A stretch of 64,000 nt of DNA from Octopus bimaculoides (GCF_001194135.2 NC_068983.1:9630335-9694334), one strand, 5' to 3'; numbered from the stretch's first letter, positions 13,807 to 26,939 are shown. Program-made: numbers and translations. The notes: generated from the letters alone by a model not told the origin.

Positions 13807-14642
13807 NNNNNNNNNNNNNNNNNNNNNNNNNNNNNNNNNNNNNNNNNNNNNNNNNNNNNNNNNNNNNNNNNNNNNNNNNNNNNNNNNNNNNNNNNNNNNN
13901 NNNNNNNNNNNNNNNNNNNNNNNNNNNNNNNNNNNNNNNNNNNNNNNNNNNNNNNNNNNNNNNNNNNNNNNNNNNNNNNNNNNNNNNNNNNNNNNNNNNN
14001 NNNNNNNNNNNNNNNNNNNNNNNNNNNNNNNNNNNNNNNNNNNNNNNNNNNNNNNNNNNNNNNNNNNNNNNNNNNNNNNNNNNNNNNNNNNNNNNNNNNN
14101 NNNNNNNNNNNNNNNNNNNNNNNNNNNNNNNNNNNNNNNNNNNNNNNNNNNNNNNNNNNNNNNNNNNNNNNNNNNNNNNNNNNNNNNNNNNNNNNNNNNN
14201 NNNNNNNNNNNNNNNNNNNNNNNNNNNNNNNNNNNNNNNNNNNNNNNNNNNNNNNNNNNNNNNNNNNNNNNNNNNNNNNNNNNNNNNNNNNNNNNNNNNN
14301 NNNNNNNNNNNNNNNNNNNNNNNNNNNNNNNNNNNNNNNNNNNNNNNNNNNNNNNNNNNNNNNNNNNNNNNNNNNNNNNNNNNNNNNNNNNNNNNNNNNN
14401 NNNNNNNNNNNNNNNNNNNNNNNNNNNNNNNNNNNNNNNNNNNNNNNNNNNNNNNNNNNNNNNNNNNNNNNNNNNNNNNNNNNNNNNNNNNNNNNNNNNN
14501 NNNNNNNNNNNNNNNNNNNNNNNNNNNNNNNNNNNNNNNNNNNNNNNNNNNNNNNNNNNNNNNNNNNNNNNNNNNNNNNNNNNNNNNNNNNNNNNNNNNN
14601 NNNNNNNNNNNNNNNNNNNNNNNNNNNNNNNNNNNNNNNNNN

Positions 14643-14670
<28 letters not shown>

Positions 14671-14673
<3 letters not shown>

Positions 14674-14738
14674 ACGACGAGCTTCTTTCAGTTTCCGTCT
14701 ACCAAATCCACTCACAAGGCTTTGGTCGACTCGAGGCT
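14671..14738 (-). mobile_element. SINE family A fragment next to an assembly gap
   Basis: CTTCTTTCAGTTTCCGTCTACCAAATCCACTCACAAGGCTTTGGTCG is the family A core in reverse orientation. Confidence 0.85.
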
Positions 14739-15385
14739 GTGCTTAAATCTTTGTTTAAGTCAAACATTCGATTTCGACAATAACAACTCAGAAAACTTTA
14801 GTCTCTAACAGGTTGTTTTCATTGCTAGAAATATTTATCAAATCTCCTTCTAGTGTGCGCTATCAACTTTTAATTAGAAGGACAGGTTGAGTAATATACT
14901 TTTTAATACTTTATATCTGAAAATAAACTGAGTGTTAATTGCTTGAATACCTTACATCTTACACGACAGCTTGATCATGGTTGACCTGGGGCTAAAATAA
15001 GAAGTCATGATTAGAACGGTTGATAAATATAAATTACTGATTCACCTTGCATTCCTTACTCCCCTTTCTGTCTCCCTCTCCCCATCTCTCTCTATTTCTC
15101 TCTCTCCCTCTCTTTTTCTCTCACTCTCTCTCTCTGTCTTTCTTGTCATCTTAGTAGTAGGCCGAAGTCTTACAAATAATTAAACAGGTGATTCAGCAAT
15201 AAATGTCACTCGTCAGTAAAGACAATGTTGAAACAATATCTTCATTTAAGGCCATTAAAATGTCTAATATATTCGATATAATAGCTTCTTTCCAACCAGA
15301 TGTAGTTAATTGTCGGTTCCAGATTTTTTTCTTTTCAATCTTCTCTCCTATACTCTTCTCCTTTCTCCCTTTCTCTTTCTTTCTT

Positions 15386-15436
<51 letters not shown>

Positions 15437-15908
15437 NNNNNNNNNNNNNNNNNNNNNNNNNNNNNNNNNNNNNNNNNNNNNNNNNNNNNNNNNNNNNNNN
15501 NNNNNNNNNNNNNNNNNNNNNNNNNNNNNNNNNNNNNNNNNNNNNNNNNNNNNNNNNNNNNNNNNNNNNNNNNNNNNNNNNNNNNNNNNNNNNNNNNNNN
15601 NNNNNNNNNNNNNNNNNNNNNNNNNNNNNNNNNNNNNNNNNNNNNNNNNNNNNNNNNNNNNNNNNNNNNNNNNNNNNNNNNNNNNNNNNNNNNNNNNNNN
15701 NNNNNNNNNNNNNNNNNNNNNNNNNNNNNNNNNNNNNNNNNNNNNNNNNNNNNNNNNNNNNNNNNNNNNNNNNNNNNNNNNNNNNNNNNNNNNNNNNNNN
15801 NNNNNNNNNNNNNNNNNNNNNNNNNNNNNNNNNNNNNNNNNNNNNNNNNNNNNNNNNNNNNNNNNNNNNNNNNNNNNNNNNNNNNNNNNNNNNNNNNNNN
15901 NNNNNNNN

Positions 15909-15944
<36 letters not shown>

Positions 15945-15949
<5 letters not shown>

Positions 15950-16330
15950 AGAATTCACAAAAAAGACAACAGACGAAGACAGGTGGTGTAGAAAACAAAC
16001 AGATGTATTAGTATAACGGTCGGGAACTAAAAAAGTCTTTAACGTTTCGAGCCTACGCTCTTCCACTGAAAGGAACACAGAAAGAAACATGGAGAGAAAC
16101 AAGAAGAGAAAAAATGTGTGTTGTGGTTAGCGATCTATCATGGCGAATGCCGAACAGAAGGGTCATACTGGGCTTTTTACTGCTCAGAACTGTATCTTTG
16201 GGGGAGGGGCTCATTTGACATGCACCAAAATGGGAGTGTCCGTGCGCGTGTGTCAATGTGTTCATGCATCTGCGAGTGCTCCTTAGTCTTTTCCTATACA
16301 TTGAAATGCGAGATATCTTACATTCGACAT
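15945..16330 (-). mobile_element. Probable Penelope-like terminal fragment with decayed hammerhead
   Basis: The minus strand reads AGAGCGTAGGCTC-GAAAC-GTT (stem II hairpin plus GAAAC). The CUGAnGA core is degenerate. The segment abuts (TA)n. Confidence 0.4.
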
Positions 16331-16520
16331 CTCATATAAAAACTGTCTCATTATTCACCACTCCATCAATCTAAAGGAAAATTAAAAAACCTTGCGATGA
16401 GAATTCGTATATTATTGTATGATAGTGACATACATTTGTACGATATATATATCACACACTAAGTGAATGAATGAATGTCTGATTATTCTCATCTTCAATC
16501 AATTTGTTGCATTGTTATTA

Positions 16521-16683
16521 GACGCAGGAGTGACTGTGTGGTAAGTAGCTTGCTTACCAACCACAGGGTTCCGGGTTCAGTCCCACTGCGTGGCACCTTG
16601 GGCAAGTGTCTTCTACTATAGTCTCGGGCCGACCGAATCCTTGTAAGTGAATTTGATGGAAGGAAACTGAGAGAAGTCCGTCG

Positions 16684-16737
<54 letters not shown>

Positions 16738-16944
16738 TGTGTTTGTCCCCCCCACCATCGCTTGACAACGGATGCTGGTGTGTTTACGTCCCCGTAACTT
16801 AGCGGTTCGGCAAAAGATACTGATAGAATAAGAACTAGGCTTCCAAAGAATAAGTCCTGGGGTCGATTTGCTCGACTAAAGGCGGTGCTCCAGCATGGCC
16901 GCAGTCAAATGACTGAAACAAGTAAAAGAGTAAAAGAGTAAAAG
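16521..16944 (+). mobile_element. SINE family A, full length (tRNA-like head, conserved core, internal (TA)/(TG) tract, 3' module, (GTAAAAGA)n tail)
   Basis: A-box-like TGACTGTGTGG, B-box-like GGTTCAGTCCC, core CCTTGGGCAAGTGTCTTCTACTATAG...GGAAACTGA, and repeated tail. Highly similar copies occur elsewhere in the window. Confidence 0.9.
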
Positions 16945-17433
16945 ATTATCGGTTTGAGATGAATAAGACCTGTGAACCCCGATTTGTTTTTCGATTCGAT
17001 TTACTAACGAGGCTCACTTCCTCTGCATTCGCATCTTCGTAGGCACTGACAGGGAGTAAGTGTTTATGCTTGGTATTAACATTCTCCTAATCTGTTCCCT
17101 TCCTAGGCTGCCGAGGACAGGCCATTCGCCCAATTAAGTCACTGGCATTGTTTTATAAATTCACTAGCATCTTCTACAAACATGTTCTAATAAAAACTAA
17201 GGGGTACCTCATTCTTATTGATCTTGCAACACACCTGACACTAAACCGGATTTTCTGATTTTCTACTGTTGCTTTTTTGTTGTTGATACTTCATTGAGTT
17301 TGTCGTCCCTTTTACATGTGTTGATTTTTGTCTTACTAACATTCTTAGCAACTATCTTTACTCGCCAAGGCTTGTAGGTATGCATTGCTACATATCCGGT
17401 AACAAGTTTAATAGAAATTATTTCAGCCTCATA

Positions 17434-17530
17434 CTTTATTCCTGATGAAGAGGCCATTGCTAGTTTGGTGTTTTAATGTGTTAATGGATTGCGGCAGTGG
17501 CTCCTGAAACGGCCGTACAACTTGAATTCC
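17434..17530 (+). ncRNA. Minimal hammerhead ribozyme motif (PLE type)
   Basis: CTGATGA 17442-17448. Stem II is AGAGGCCATTGC with GCAGTGGCTCCT (11 of 12 pairs including G-U). This is followed by GAAAC-GGCC-GTA (17506-17517). Stem I is weak. An identical copy starts at 17907. Confidence 0.6.
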
Positions 17531-17739
17531 TCCTTTTAATTTGCAATGAGTATTATTGTGGATACCTATACCCTTTTTTTTTATTCTTAGTCGTTTTGCT
17601 ATATATATATATTCTTATTTTCTCCGTGTATTTTCGTCAAAATCCTTCATACGCATCGTTCTTTACAGGTTTTTCACACACATATATATATATATATATA
17701 TAAGTTCAAAAAAACAATAACAAAAAAGCAAAAAAACAA

Positions 17740-17896
17740 AAAAACAACAAAGTGAGGACGTGATATGGATAGTGTTATTGGACGCTCAGGAAAGGAAAGA
17801 GAGAGTGTATGACGTTTCGGGCGTAGCCCTTCGTCGGAAAGATGGAAAGTTCGGAGAATGGAAGAACGGAGAAAGAGGAAAATGGTACCGATGCCC
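17740..17896 (-). mobile_element. Penelope-like terminal fragment with compact hammerhead motif
   Basis: The minus strand reads CCGACGA-A-GGGC-TAC-GCCC-GAAAC-GTC (plus 17811-17837), adjacent to (TA)n. Confidence 0.5.
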
Positions 17897-18899
17897 NNNN
17901 NNNNNNCTTTATTCCTGATGAAGAGGCCATTGCTAGTTTGGTGTTTTAATGTGTTAATGGATTGCGGCAGTGGCTCCTGAAACGGCCGTACAACTTGAAT
18001 TCCTCCTTTTAATTTGCAATGAGTATTATTGTGGATACCTATACCCTTTTTTTTTATTCTTAGTCGTTTTGCTATATATATATATTCTTATACCTTCGGG
18101 CGGGCTTCATATGTTGAACGCCCTGGTATTATAATATGTATTTATTTATGTTCAACGGTGTGAATATATGGGGATGATATAAAGTCGCTTGCCCAATTCT
18201 GATGTTTATTTTTTAACCACTGATTTTACATATATATACATATATCACACCATGTGAATGAATGAAACGTTGACGGGCCCTCGAGCACAATCCATTTGCT
18301 GCATCATTAACCTCTATTTGAGATGAATAAGACCTGTGAACTGCGAGTTGTTTTTCGACTATATAAATACCACCCTTACCAAGCGTCAAACTAATAATGC
18401 ACTCCATGTGAACGTCCTCTTATTTATTTATTTATATATTTTTTGTTATTGTTGTTTTTAATGTCCGATTATTCGATTTGATTATATATATCTATATGTG
18501 TGTAAGAGCAAGATCCTTTTTTTGTTATATACATATATATATATATATATATATAAAGCAAAAAGTATCAGGGGTCTTTTCGAAGCCAAATGTTTATAAG
18601 GCTGCCTCCCTGGATTCTGTGGTGTACATATTTTCCTGCAGTTGAAAAGACACCGGTCGATATATTCGACAAAAATTCTTCAAAGCGCTGCTCCAGCATG
18701 ACTATAACTATTAAAAAAATATTTTAAAAGGAATAAATACGGGGCTACAGGTTATGTACTGCAAATGCATAATACAGTCCATTTCTTGGGAAAATACGAC
18801 CATACAAATTTTGGTTTCTGGGCTAACAACCAACGACTTGGCCAGTTACATTTCTCATCTCATTTCATTTCATTTCTTTTTACTAAACGTATTAATGTT

Positions 18900-19055
<156 letters not shown>

Positions 19056-19212
19056 TTTTTGTCTTTTTTGTGTGTTTATTTGTAATGAATCATTCACACA
19101 TCATATGCTTTATTTCACAAACAGTCATGAACAATCTGCTTTGACAGGCAACAATTGAACACGCCAACATTTCATTTCTTGTGAGACATCGGTGAAGTCA
19201 GCTTTTTTACAG

Positions 19213-19297
19213 CATCTACTTCGCAAGGGAAATTTGCTCTGTGATGCGATCAATCATGTAACACTATGTAAAGTTTCAATTCTAACACTATACAGTG
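19213..19297 (+). CDS. Candidate exon (HLLRKGNLLCDAINHVTLCKVSILTLYS, phase 0 to 1)
   Basis: Acceptor cagcttttttacag, donor TG|gtaatg, open reading frame, phase-compatible with 19739. Confidence 0.4.
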
Positions 19298-19738
19298 GTA
19301 ATGAAATAAACTAAAAGTTCAAAACAAACATCTCTTGAAATGATTTGATGAAATAAATAGACAGAATCGACAATTAATTATTAAAAAGGTGGTAAATACT
19401 TTACTAAACTCGTTATGTTTTCTTGACGTTCCATTTCCTTTTAGTGTTCAACTGATTTTTGTCCTAGTTCTGAATAATTGCATAAACCACAACAGCTTTG
19501 TCTAAGCTCCTTGTTTGTTTATCTTCTTGGTTTTTCTTCCACATATGTATGCTTTTCACCTGGATGTTGTTTAGTATAGTTTAATCCCAAATTACTGACA
19601 GCAAAGTGGTTTTCACGTAGGGCTTTTCGTAATAAGCAATAAATCTTTAAATTAGATTTTACAATTTATAATCGATTACGGAAAACAATTTACTTGACAT
19701 GCGAAATAACTGTTGAAATGATGTAATTTTCTTTGCAG

Positions 19739-19830
19739 AAAATCTCATATCCTACAGTAAAATAAATAAATTAACATTTGAACAGGTGAAAGATCATGAG
19801 TCTTCAGTGAATAAGGTTATTATATCTCAG
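19739..19830 (+). CDS. Candidate exon (ENLISYSKINKLTFEQVKDHESSVNKVIISQ, phase 1 to 0)
   Basis: Acceptor gtaattttctttgcag, donor CAG|gtaaat, 30 open codons. Confidence 0.5.
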
Positions 19831-20211
19831 GTAAATGGTTGTCAGTTCGTATCTGAAATACACTAGAGAAAATACCGAGTCGTTTTCATTTAGTTTGAAC
19901 AAGCGCGCGAAAGGCAAGATAAACTAAATTTTTTAAATAGTAATAAACTTTGGTAAACACAAAAGTGTGTCACGAGTCCTCATTAAGTCAACTCTATGAT
20001 CCAATTTCGATTAAGATTAAGAACCGTTTTAGTTCTTTTACTTGAATGAGGTCTATAGGGCATCTTTCAACATTATAAGTATAACATCAAATTAAAAATG
20101 ATCATTATTAGGAATCTGTAGGAAGACTACGGAGGCCAAATCTGTTTAATGGATCTAATTTTGGAAAACTGTTTCGCAGCGAAACTTTGTGTTTGTCATC
20201 TGCCCTTTCAG

Positions 20212-20235
20212 AATGCCCTTTCTATTGAGACAGAA
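20212..20235 (+). CDS. Candidate 24-nt microexon (NALSIETE, phase 0)
   Basis: Acceptor tttgtcatctgccctttcag, donor GAA|gtaatg. Confidence 0.4.
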
Positions 20236-20584
20236 GTAATGGAATTTGTTCCAGCTTCTATGAAATCTACCTCCGTAAAAGATGTGAAGCCCATGGCGGC
20301 ATTTTCCTGTTAAGGAAGAGAATTTAACCATCTAAGCTCTCAAACTGACTTCATCTGGGTAATCGAAACACAGGGCACTGCCAAAGTGGCTGAATTATAA
20401 TTCTGACATGACAGAATTTCTAATCTATATCTTCATGAAGGATGTATAGTTACGTGGGAGAAAACTTAGTTAATGTGATGAACCAATAAGCTAAATTGTT
20501 AATTAGAATTACATCTATATTTCATGTTTATCGTCACTTGATAAATATAAGACATATTATTAATACAAACAATCTTGTCGACAA

Positions 20585-20800
20585 GCTGACATAATTTTCA
20601 GCGCGTCGGACAAAATGCTTAACAATATTTCTTCTGGCTGTTTACGCTTGAGTTCAGATTCTGACGAGGTCGACTTTGGCTTTCATACATTCGGGATCGA
20701 TAAAATAAAGTATTGGCGTTGATGTAATCGACTCTCTTCTCTCCTAAAAATGACTGACCTTGCGCCAAATTTGAAACCGTTGTTGATACAAGCGGAATAT
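20585..20800 (+). mobile_element. Degenerate SINE family B copy
   Basis: GGACAAAATGCTTAAC...GAGTTCAGATTCTGACGAGGTCGACTTTGGCTTTCATACATTCGGGATCGATAAAATAA. Confidence 0.75.
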
Positions 20801-20825
20801 AATTGTGAAGGTTATACACTCGTTT

Positions 20826-21131
20826 GTGGAGGCACATGGCCTAGTGGTTAGAGCACTAAGCCATGGGATCGCAGTCGCGGGTTTGAATCTCAGACCGGGC
20901 GGTGTGTGTGTTTATGAGCGAAACACCTAAGTTCCGCGCGGCTCCGGAAGAAGGTAATAGCGAACTTCTACTGACTCTTTCGCCACAACTTTCTCTCGCT
21001 CTTTCCTTCTACATCTAGCAGCTCACCTGCGACAGATCAGCGTCCCGTCCAGGTGCGGGAACCTATACGCCAATGAAACCGGGTAACCGGCCCTTATGAG
21101 CCAGACATAACACAAGAAGGAACAAACAACA
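20826..21131 (+). mobile_element. SINE family D (tRNA-like head, distinct body, 3' module, (AAC) tail)
   Basis: TGGCCTAGTGGTTAGAGC A-box and GGTTTGAATC B-box. The body GACCGGGCGGTGTGTGTGTTTATGAGCGAAACACCTAAG is also found in reverse at about 62715-62815. Confidence 0.75.
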
Positions 21132-21540
21132 TACACTTGTTTAATTTCATTTCGCGAGATATTATTTATAAAGAGACAACCGAAAGTTTAAGGTATTTAG
21201 TCCCTATGTCCACGGGTTATGAGTTGAGATCCACTTGTGGTGTTTCTGAAGAGAATATTTTCTTCTAGATTTACGTATTTCCTTTCAAACGACAGGAATC
21301 GGTAGCAGCAGATCAATATAATTCAGTCCTAGACTAGAATAAAAGAGTTCTTTCCCCCTTTCTGTTGAACACGAGCTATGTTTCTCATTACAGAATTCAT
21401 CTGTTTGATATGTGCAAAAGCTTATGCGTGATGTTAAATTCATCACATGTTGGGACCCTATCCTTGGGTGGTCAAGACAACCAGATAGTCCCTATGTGTT
21501 CTCTCAAATTTTGAGAAAAGGGTTCGGAAAAGTTGTACTA

Positions 21541-21970
21541 TTACTCTTTTTACTCTTTTTACTCTTTACTCGTTTACTCTTTTACTTGTTTCAGTCATTT
21601 GACTGCGGCCATGCTGGAGCACTGCCTTTATAGTTTAGCAAATCAACCCCAGAGCTTATTCTTTGTAAGCCTAGTACTTATTCTATCGGTCTCTTTTGCC
21701 GAACCGCTAAGTTACGGGGACGTAAACACACCAGCATCGGTTGTCAAGCGATGTTGGGGGGACAAACACAGACAAACAAACACACACACATACATATACA
21801 TATGTACGACGGGCTTCTTTCAGTTTCCGTTTACCAAATCCACTCACAAGGCTTTGGTCGGCCCGAGGCTAAAGTAGAAAACATTTGCCCAAGGTGTCAC
21901 TCAGTGGGACTGAACCCGGAACCATGTGGTTGGTAAGCAAGCTACTTACCACACACCCACTTCTGCGTCT
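21541..21970 (-). mobile_element. SINE family A, full length
   Basis: Reverse-complement match to 16521-16944 along its whole length. Confidence 0.9.
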
Positions 21971-23411
21971 TTTTCCTACCCATTTTCCTTTCTTTTTTCC
22001 TTTTCTTTTTAATGTCTTTTGTTGGAGATAAAATAAAGCAATGCATTAGAGGACCGAATTTATTTGTTCTGTCTTTTTGGGTCAAAGCCTAGTCCCTCTT
22101 ACATGGCAAAGCTGACGAAATCATAAATAGAATGCATACAACTGCACAAATCATAACCGTGAGTTGCCGAGGTTATTTCAAACAGATTCAGCATACACAA
22201 AGGGGGCTTCCAGATTGACTCGTCCACCTAATGATGGATTCCTGATGTGTGATGGTTTTACATACCATCAAACTCAAGTAGTTTGTAATGAGAAATATAG
22301 CCAAAGCCAAAGAGCAAGGGGTAAGACCTAACACTTCTAATTTAGCAGGGGTTCGAGAGGATGAACGGAAAATTTAACCTCGGTGAAATCAGAGAGCAGC
22401 AAGTCGGAAGAAAAACGGCAAGATAGTCTTATCCAGTGTTTTAGTGAGACAACTGGCTGCCATATCGGATCATTTAATCTCTCAAAATAGTGTGCTTCTG
22501 CTGGAACTACGTATTTACTTTCGTCCCACCCATCTTCTGCGTTTGAATGCTAAATCATTCTAACTTTGTGCCTTTACCGGGTTGATTATATTGTACCACT
22601 CAAGTTCTGTGGTGCATTAAATATTTATTCTCTTCTCCAAAATCGTGTGATCTTTTGCCAGAATGCGAAGCCATCGTATAATATGTTTAGTATAATAATA
22701 CACCGACAGATATGTCTCCAGTCTTCATTATTATAATATCCTATAATGTGAGCGAATGGCTATAAAATTATATGAATACAAGAACACTAGATAAATGTGA
22801 TTTGCAGTCATTTGTTTCAATAAATTATCGATTACTTTGCGTAACGCTGGATTTAAATTGCTTATTGATACACAATCTACAATTTCATAATAAGGCATGT
22901 ATTACTATAAAATATAGTTCTATATCACTATTGATTATGTGTATATTTATATAAAAATAAAACAAGCTACGATATCATTGGTGTAGCATATTTTTATCTT
23001 ATCACCAATTACTTTTTAAACAAAATACGATGATTATCTCATGTATGAGAGGAAATGGTTTTTTTTTTCTTATTTATTTATAAATATATTTACATATTTA
23101 TTTTGTGATTTATATTTTGCTTCGTTTCCCTTTTCTACTCTCATCTTTAATAGCATATCTGTTTGTTTATCATTGGTATTGGGGTGAGGATGGGAGAAGT
23201 GAGATGTAAGTAAATATTTTTATGTACAATTCATGTAACGTTAGAGTATTATCGAATCACAAAACCGAATTCTTGAATTATTTCGAGAGAAACATAATCG
23301 ATTGGCAATAACTCAGTATATTACTGATACAGACTTTATCAATCGCTTAGTGATAAAAGCAAAGATGTCGTCTCCGGCGAGATTCGAAAGAACTCAATAT
23401 CTGGTGACACG

Positions 23412-23814
23412 TTACTCTCTTTTACTCTTTTACTTGTTTCAGTCATTTGACTGCGGCCATGTTGGAGCACCGCCTTTAGTCGAGCAAATCGATTCCAGGA
23501 CTTATTCTTTATAAGCCTAGTACTTATTCTATCGGTCTTTTTTGCCGAACCGCTAAATTATGGGGACGTAAACACACCAGCATTGGTTGTCAAGCGATTT
23601 GGGGAGGAACAAACACAGACACAAAAACACACACACATATATATATACATATACATATACATGATGGGCTTCTTTCAGTTTCCGTTTACCAAATCCACTC
23701 ACAAGACTTTAGTCGGCCCGAGGCTATAGTAGGCGACACTTGCCCAAGGTGCCACTGAACCCGGAACTATGTGGTTGGTAAGCAAGTTACTTACCACACG
23801 GCCACTTCTGCGCC
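23412..23814 (-). mobile_element. SINE family A, full length
   Basis: Reverse-complement match to 16521-16944. Confidence 0.9.
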
Positions 23815-24074
23815 GTAATTAAATATTTATTTATAATAACTGGCACAATAAACGGAGATGTCTGTATAAGAGGATTTATATATTTCTGTCCACCCCAATA
23901 TACTGCTGACAGTTGTTTTCTGAACATTGGAGTGATGCAAATGTTAAGGGTGGCTACAGTAAAATTTGAACTTAAACCATACGGTTTGCAGTTAAGGTTA
24001 CTGTAAAGATAAGACCTTTAATCCGGTATTTTACCCATTTTAATATCCCTGCCATTCTTGCAACATTATGTATA

Positions 24075-24400
24075 TAATGCGGCAATCTGGCACAACTGTT
24101 TGCGCGTCGAACAAAATGCTTAGATTTCAATTCAAATTCTGCCAAAATCAGTTTTGCCTTTCATCTTTTCGGGGTCGATAAAATAATGTACTGGCCGTTG
24201 ATTTTTTTTTTTTTTTTTTTTNNNNNNNNNNTCGAAGGGCCATAAGAGTGATGGCTAGAAAGCCTAGCGATAATTTTTCCAGTTTTCTGTATTCACGCAC
24301 TGAATTCAAATCCACTGCAGGCGCTTCCTTCCTATTTCACTTTCCACTTTGCCTTTCATCCCTCCGGGGTCGATCATTACATTACTAGTCATAAATTGGA
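24075..24400 (+). mobile_element. Two degenerate SINE family B fragments separated by a 10-N gap
   Basis: GCCTTTCATCTTTTCGGGGTCGATAAA (about 24156) and GCCTTTCATCCCTCCGGGGTCGAT (about 24351). Confidence 0.6.
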
Positions 24401-24500
24401 ATCCCTATTTTAATGTCTCACTTTACGGCTCCTCTCCCCGCCTTCTCTCTCTATCTTTGATACAGCGCACGCTCGCACACACATCCAGGTACGCACACAC

Positions 24501-24535
<35 letters not shown>

Positions 24536-25204
24536 TAGAGTTGCTATGGTGCACTGTAAGTAGAATCATAGAGAACCTTCGCAGTGTCTTTTTCCCCATT
24601 ATCAAAGCAGCGTTGAAATAGGAGCTAGCATCATCTTCCCGTAGAAAACAAGTATTCCAGAAAACCAGTAATATAACTTCGATATGCAACGAAGCATAAA
24701 ACGGAAATTAAAATATACGGTGGAATCGACCGCAGTACTTGATGGCAACCTACTTCCCATATTTGATGGACCACGTAGCGATGAAAGGCAATGCTTTATC
24801 CCCAGCGATTTGAACTGAGAACATAAAGAGGTGTCAATACCTTATAAAGTATTTAGTCTATCACACAACTGTTTATGGCTTCCGGTGATCTAAATCAGGC
24901 AAAATTTTATCTTTGTCATTGTAATGTTTTCCTTTTTTGTGGGGGGGGGGGGGATGCGAGTTGGAGATATTTTTCCTGCAAATCAATATTTATTTCTTCT
25001 GACTAACCACTAACCGGATTGAGTAACACGAAGGCCATACTGACTGAATGTGTTTCAGTATACTTGCACACATACATACATACGTACACACGTACATACA
25101 TACATACATACATACATACATACATACATACATACATACATACATACGTACCTACCTACCTACCTACGTATATGCATATCTTTTACCGTTATCTTTAGCT
25201 TTGA

Positions 25205-25380
25205 TTTCAGCCGTTAGAATGCGGATATGCTGGGGCACCACCTTGGAGAATTTTAGCTAAACGAAACGACACTAGAATTTATCGAACCGCTCAGTTAAGG
25301 GGACGATAAATACCAACATTGGTTGTCAAGTGATGGTGGGGGACAAACACAGACACAAAGACACGAACACACACACACAG
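25205..25380 (-). mobile_element. SINE family A 3' module fragment
   Basis: GAACCGCTCAGTTAAGGGGACG...TTGGTTGTCAAGTGATGGTGGGGGACAAACACAGACAC. Confidence 0.7.
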
Positions 25381-25383
25381 TCT

Positions 25384-25442
<59 letters not shown>

Positions 25443-25447
25443 TGATT

Positions 25448-25492
<45 letters not shown>

Positions 25493-25685
25493 GGCGGCGA
25501 ACTGGCAGAAACGTTAGCACACCGGGCGAAATGCTTAGCGGTATTTCGCCTGCTGTTGCGATCTATGTTCAAATTCTGCCGAGGTCGAATTTGCCTTTCA
25601 TCCTTTCGGGGTCGATAAAATAAGTACCAATTGCGCACTGGAGTCAATGTAATCGACTTAATCCCTTTGTCTGTCCTTGTTTGTG
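25493..25685 (+). mobile_element. SINE family B (tRNA-like head plus Nin/Deu-like core), following (GATA)n
   Basis: GGCGGCGAACTGGCAGAAACGTTAGC head, GTTCAAATTC B-box, GCCTTTCATCCTTTCGGGGTCGATAAAATAAGTACC core. The core resembles the Nin-type SINE domain from memory (not searched). Confidence 0.85.
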
Positions 25686-26175
25686 TTCAGTTGTGATAAA
25701 AACAATCGCACATTAACCTGATAGGTTGCTGTATACGTTTTTACAGTACAAATTTATTATTCTTAGACAAGAATATTATTGGCAGTGACTTCGAAGTTTC
25801 GGTCAGTTAAACCATCGTCGGACTGCAGATGGCTTTTTGTATCTGAGACTGCATTATCCGTTGTGTCGTTTTCTATTAGTTTGATTTTTCAGAGTAGTTA
25901 GAATCTGTTGGGAATTTGACTGTTATTACTAGCAGGTCAAGCGACTACATAGAATGGATCCTGATTTTCTTCTATACTTCTACAGCCGTTTATCTACGCA
26001 TACCATTTTAGTACATTCGTTCAGAATTATTTTAGCAAAAGTCTAAATTTTTAATTCATAGGAAATCAGCCTATTATATTCTTACATCATAATTATATAC
26101 ACATACACAGCAGACACACACGCATACGCACCATATATGCATACTCACGCACTCATACAGCAAAAAATACACACG

Positions 26176-26234
<59 letters not shown>

Positions 26235-26939
26235 ACGAACACACGCACGCACGCACGCACGCATGAAAGCACGCACCGGAATCTGGTGTCGCTTAAAATT
26301 CTCCCTCATATCACCCAGGAATCGAGGCACCGTCAGCATTATGTCCAACCACGATGTCGGAGAAATAAAGAATTCGTTAGGACTTCTTATTGATGTATTT
26401 CATGCCGCTGATTTTCCCATATCAACAACACCGTGTGTCACGTCTTGACCAATAACAGCCAAATCTCCAGTATCCATGTTGAATTTTCTCCTGCTCTCCA
26501 ATGGGTTACCTAAGTTATTTTTATCTGACGAGCCTACGAAACTAAGTTACACAGAGATGAATCAAATTCTTACCAAATACAATAAATTTGGGAAGAGATT
26601 ACATTGAAGCCAGTATCTCACTGGTTATTCATTTTATGGACCTTGTAAGGAAGAACAATAAAATTAACACTCAGTTCGTAAAAACGCATCTATGCTCTCC
26701 GATGCTGTCAGGCAACACTCTCGATGACAAAATCTACGCTGTAGCTCCACTTACGAGAAATAACAACCCAAATCTTCCTCGAATCATACTCTACCGTTTA
26801 TAAAGGGATACGTTGGATAAAATAGGATGGTCGCAGTTGATCGTATGTCTCCTCGATCAGAGCCGATCTTCGCCTAGACTGCATCAGTAATAGCTACATT
26901 TTAGCATCAGTAAATATACTGATACTTCATGAGGGACGA

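Noticed and set aside
16521-16600. tRNA-like sequences at SINE heads as tRNA genes
   Set aside because: They have A/B boxes but no complete cloverleaf, and they continue into multi-copy SINE bodies.
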